A stretch of DNA of 64,000 bases. Origin: Candidatus Iainarchaeum sp. GTDB lineage: Archaea > Iainarchaeota > Iainarchaeia > Iainarchaeales > JAGVWC01. Shown in pieces: positions 60,330-64,000 of this stretch; positions within the stretch are counted from its first letter, which is position 1, and the number at the start of each line of letters is the position of its first letter. Location: positions 87,757 through 151,756 of the forward strand of contig JAGVWC010000011.1 of the NCBI GenBank assembly GCA_018304465.1, in the 5' to 3' direction. Made by a program: the position numbers and the translations under genes. The notes beneath the pieces were generated by a model. It did no database searches. It saw only the letters and a program-made list of their open reading frames with translations, and was not told the origin of the DNA.

Positions 60330-61042
60330 AAAAAACCGTTGACGCCATTCTCTTTGATTTAGACCAAACCCTCGTCGATTTTTTGGCAATGAAACGGTAT
60401 TCTTGCCGCGCCGCCATCCACGCCATGATCCAAAGCGGCTTGCACTTAAAACCAAAACAAGCCGAAAAACAATTGTTTGAATTATACGACCGCTTCGGAA
60501 TCGAAGACCCGCAGATATTCCAAAGATTCCTCCGAAAAACCCAGGGAACCGTCAATTACCGGCTGCTTTCAAAAGCGATCGCCGCCTACCGCAAAGCGCA
60601 ACCCAAAGTACTGATCCCGTACCCCAACACCCGCGCCGTCTTATTGCGCCTGCAAAAAAAAGGACTGAAACTCGGCATTGTTTCCGACGCGCCGCGACTC
60701 AAAGCCTGGACACGCCTGGCGGAAATGGAACTGGAAGATTTTTTCGAAACCGTCATCGGTTTTGAAGACACCAAAAAACTAAAACCAAATCCAGCGCCGT
60801 TCAAAAAAGCCGTTCAAAAACTCAAAACTTCCGCCTACAACATTCTTTTTGTGGGCGACAATCCGCAACGCGACATCGCCGGCGCCGCGGCCGCGGGAAT
60901 GAAAACCTGCTGGGCCCAATACGGTTATCCAGCCCAATACTTCGGGAAAAAAAACACTGGAAAAAAGAAAATTTCACCGGATTACAAAATCGGTTCTTTT
61001 GCGGCGCTTGAAAAACTCGTGCAACGAATCAATTCACGGTAA
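60326..61042 (+). CDS. HAD-superfamily hydrolase
   Basis: FDLDQTL, KPNP, VGDNPQRDI. Confidence 0.92.
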   Translation: MKKTVDAILFDLDQTLVDFLAMKRYSCRAAIHAMIQSGLHLKPKQAEKQLFELYDRFGIEDPQIFQRFLRKTQGTVNYRLLSKAIAAYRKAQPKVLIPYPNTRAVLLRLQKKGLKLGIVSDAPRLKAWTRLAEMELEDFFETVIGFEDTKKLKPNPAPFKKAVQKLKTSAYNILFVGDNPQRDIAGAAAAGMKTCWAQYGYPAQYFGKKNTGKKKISPDYKIGSFAALEKLVQRINSR

Positions 61043-61484
61043 TATCCGCGACGACAAAATCATCCACGTATTCCTTGATTTCACCAGGAGAAATCTCCAG
61101 CAAGGTTTTGGAATTCCCTCCGCCCGAAAAAACGGAGGATTCCTGCATTACTTTTTCGTCACAAATCGTTTTGATGCCGAAAATACTGATGGGCGGCACC
61201 CCGCCGATTTCATACCCCGTGATCTCCAACACCTGTTTCGGATTGGCCAATTTCAATTGTTTGATTCCGAGCAAGGTTTTCACTTTTTCCATGTCCGCCT
61301 GGTCGCTTCCACGCAACAACAGCACAACGGGTTCACGGGTTTCATCCAGAAAAACAAGCGACTTGACGATACGCGAAAGCGGCGCCTGAACGAGTTTTGC
61401 CGCTTGAAAAGAAGAACCCACGTCGTCTTCGAACGGAATCAAACGAGCCTTAAGCTTGTTCACTACAATAAATTCGGATATCAT
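61029..61484 (-). CDS. YbaK/EbsC aminoacyl-tRNA deacylase family protein
   Basis: IVKSLVF, TGYEIGGVPP, SGGG. Confidence 0.88.
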   Translation of the reverse strand: MISEFIVVNKLKARLIPFEDDVGSSFQAAKLVQAPLSRIVKSLVFLDETREPVVLLLRGSDQADMEKVKTLLGIKQLKLANPKQVLEITGYEIGGVPPISIFGIKTICDEKVMQESSVFSGGGNSKTLLEISPGEIKEYVDDFVVADITVN

Positions 61485-61533
61485 CGCACACCCCACACAA
61501 CTGAAAAAAGAAAAAAAGAAAAAGAAACCGGTA

Positions 61534-62730
61534 TTAAAAACCGGCAACCGCAGGGGCTTTGATTCCCGCTTTGGAAGCCAACAAGGCGGCCTTGTCGGTT
61601 TTTTCCCACGAAAAATCGGGGTCGTTTCGTCCAAAATGACCGTACGCCGCGGTTTTAGCGTAAATCGGACGCAACAAATCCAGTTCTTTGATGATGTCCG
61701 CCGGCTTGAGATGAAAAACCTCGCGTACGGCGTGTTCAATGACTTCTTCGGAAACCTTTGCCGTTCCTTCGGTATGAACGAGCACGGAAACCGGTTCGGC
61801 GACTCCGATGGCATACGCGAGTTGAATTTCGCATTGTTCGGCCAAGCCCGCGGCAACGATGTTTTTGGCAATGTAACGCGCCATATAGGCCGCACTACGA
61901 TCGACTTTGGTCGGGCATTTACCCGAAAAAGCGCCGCCGCCATGCGCCGAATGGCCGCCGTAAGAATCCACAATGATTTTTCGCCCGGTCAAACCGGTGT
62001 CAGCCGTTGGTCCACCCAATACAAAGCGACCGGTCGAATTGATGAACAGTTTCGTTTTTGCATCCAGCCATTTTCCGCAAACAGGCCGGATCACATGTTC
62101 CAAAATCTGTTCTCGCAACTCTTCCACAGACACGTTTTCGGAATGATGCGCTGCGATTACCACTGTTTCCAAGCGTTTGGCTTTTCCGTTTTCATACTCG
62201 ACGGTTACCTGGCTTTTTCCATCCGGAAACAAACCCGACACAATATTCTTTTTCCGCACTTCGGATAACCGCATGGTCAAACGATGCGCCAAAACAATGG
62301 TCAAGGGAAGAAACTCCGGAGTTTCGTTACACGCAAAACCAAACATCAAACCTTGATCGCCGGCGCCTTGCTCTTTAAACTCGCCTTCGCCTTCGTTCAC
62401 ACCCTGCGCAATATCCGGGCTTTGACTGTGAATCGCGCTTAAGACAGCGGCATTCTTGAAATCAAAACCAATTTCAGGATACACATACCCGATTTCCCGG
62501 ATCTTTTCGCGGGCAACATTCTGAAAATCCACTTTGGCTTTGGTGTTAATTTCCCCCGCCAAAATGCACAAATTCGTGGTCACAAGGGTTTCGATCCCGG
62601 TATGGGAATTGGGATCCTGCGCCAAACAAGCGTCCAAAATAGCATCGGAAATCTGATCCGCCACCTTATCCGGGTGTCCTTCGGTCACAGACTCGGATGA
62701 AAACAAATAGTTACCCTTCTTTATAGACAT
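61534..62730 (-). CDS. metK: S-adenosylmethionine synthetase (bacterial/eukaryotic type)
   Basis: [38 protein letters not shown]. Confidence 0.97.
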   Translation of the reverse strand: MSIKKGNYLFSSESVTEGHPDKVADQISDAILDACLAQDPNSHTGIETLVTTNLCILAGEINTKAKVDFQNVAREKIREIGYVYPEIGFDFKNAAVLSAIHSQSPDIAQGVNEGEGEFKEQGAGDQGLMFGFACNETPEFLPLTIVLAHRLTMRLSEVRKKNIVSGLFPDGKSQVTVEYENGKAKRLETVVIAAHHSENVSVEELREQILEHVIRPVCGKWLDAKTKLFINSTGRFVLGGPTADTGLTGRKIIVDSYGGHSAHGGGAFSGKCPTKVDRSAAYMARYIAKNIVAAGLAEQCEIQLAYAIGVAEPVSVLVHTEGTAKVSEEVIEHAVREVFHLKPADIIKELDLLRPIYAKTAAYGHFGRNDPDFSWEKTDKAALLASKAGIKAPAVAGF

Positions 62731-62842
62731 AAAAATCCTCCAAGCGATGAAATAATAGTGCCTCGAATTTTATTAATAATATTTGACAAAAATATTCCAA
62801 TCAGAATACCATTTTTATGCCTTTTGGTGCATAAGCTAATTC

Positions 62843-63427
62843 ATGCTACCCCAATTATCAGACATCAAAATCCGCCGCAAACAACTCGGAATCACGCAAA
62901 GCGAACTCGCACAGCAAACATCGGTTTCCCAATCACTCATCGCCAAAATCGAATCCGGAAAAGTGATTCCAAGCTACGAAAACGCCAAAAAACTGTTCGA
63001 TTACCTGGATTCCGTCGAGGAAAAAAACCAGTTGATCGCCGGAGACCTGATGAACGACAAAGTCGTATTCATCGAAGCGGATTCACCGGTGAAAAAAGCG
63101 GTGCGATTGATGGAACAATACTCCGTATCCCAATTGCCCGTGGTCCGAAACGGACACGTCGTTGGAACCATCGATGAAAAAGACGTGTTAGGCCAAATAG
63201 GCAAAAGCAAAAATCCGGAACAAATCGCTTCTTCGCGGGTTGAAGACATCATGACTGACGCTTTGCCGCAAATCTCGAAAACATCCCCGTTCAAAATCGT
63301 CTCCGCACTCATGCAACACCACAACGCCGTGCTCGTGATGGAAAAAGGAAAAATCATTGGAATCCTGTCCAAATCCGATTTATTGAAATTAATCCTGAAT
63401 CAAAAACGGAAAATCATCCAATTTTGA
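62843..63427 (+). CDS. HTH-XRE plus CBS-pair transcriptional regulator
   Basis: RKQLGITQSELAQQTSVSQSLIAKIESG, then two CBS domains. Confidence 0.9.
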   Translation: MLPQLSDIKIRRKQLGITQSELAQQTSVSQSLIAKIESGKVIPSYENAKKLFDYLDSVEEKNQLIAGDLMNDKVVFIEADSPVKKAVRLMEQYSVSQLPVVRNGHVVGTIDEKDVLGQIGKSKNPEQIASSRVEDIMTDALPQISKTSPFKIVSALMQHHNAVLVMEKGKIIGILSKSDLLKLILNQKRKIIQF

Positions 63428-63435
63428 ATTCGAAA

Positions 63436-64000
63436 CTATTTTTTGAAATACTCGTATCCGATCGCGCCCAACGCCAACACGATCACACTGATGGAAACCC
63501 ACAAAATCGGATCGGATTCCGAAACCGGTGCCAATTGCTGCGAAACATTCGTACACACACCCGCTTTGCACACGCTTCCCACATCACACGGCTCCCCCTC
63601 AGGTAATTGTCCCCCATAACACTGATTACGAATACAACGGCTAATACTGCACGCGGTGGAGACACCACAATCCGCATCTTTTTCACACGCTTTATTCTGC
63701 GGAACCAACGGAACCGTCACCGGATTCTGGCTTCCCGTCGGACTCGGAACAGTCACATCCAGGATTTCTCCCGGTTGTCTCCCGCAGTCCGTTGGACACG
63801 TGCGATCCGATTCTTGCACATCGCAAATCCCGTTTCCACAGCCAACCGCACAATCAAACGGACACGAAAAATTATTTTCGGTATGCGTACACGCACGATC
63901 ACCGCAAACGTTGGGACAATCCAAGGGACATACCGACGCATTTTCATCCACTTCACAAATATTGTTACCGCACGAAACACTCGTTGAACCGCCGCCAGCA
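63436..64000 (-). CDS. Cys-rich repeat surface protein with C-terminal TM anchor (5' end outside the window)
   Basis: CGD/CGNxxC...CPxDC repeats; C-terminal ILWVSISVIVLALGAIG. Confidence 0.8.
   Translation of the reverse strand, partial: AGGGSTSVSCGNNICEVDENASVCPLDCPNVCGDRACTHTENNFSCPFDCAVGCGNGICDVQESDRTCPTDCGRQPGEILDVTVPSPTGSQNPVTVPLVPQNKACEKDADCGVSTACSISRCIRNQCYGGQLPEGEPCDVGSVCKAGVCTNVSQQLAPVSESDPILWVSISVIVLALGAIGYEYFKK

Noticed and set aside
61485-61973. Long N-terminal extension of the YbaK ORF
   Set aside because: Alternative frame overlapping metK; the YbaK domain starts at 61484.

Overview
Chromosomal segment of an archaeon, most likely a small-genome DPANN lineage such as Diapherotrites/Iainarchaeota or Micrarchaeota (inferred from Dph5, Trm5, NucS, DUF357/DUF63, TrmB and an intron-containing tRNA-Pro with a BHB motif, alongside bacterial-type MetK and UvrABC). 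Most of the window is housekeeping: uvrBAC, scpA, ahcY, adk, eno, ino1, pyrG, sufS, metK. It also holds a four-gene exopolysaccharide-like operon and several Cys-rich surface proteins. The main unexplained structure is a family of dispersed, same-orientation copies of the last 15-20 codons of scpA (WQEQF|WEDIFIRWNKNQQEK* plus about 12 nt after the stop). They lie in nearly every intergenic spacer of the accessory array downstream of scpA (0.8-9.8 kb) and bracket a second mini-array at 29.7-31.8 kb. The copies differ from scpA mostly by synonymous third-position changes and usually break at the same F|W codon junction. Several are joined there to a shared non-scpA arm. This looks like an integron-like, integrase-in-trans gene-cassette system that uses the 3' end of the condensin kleisin gene as its attachment site. 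No recombinase gene is visible in the window, so the mechanism is inferred.
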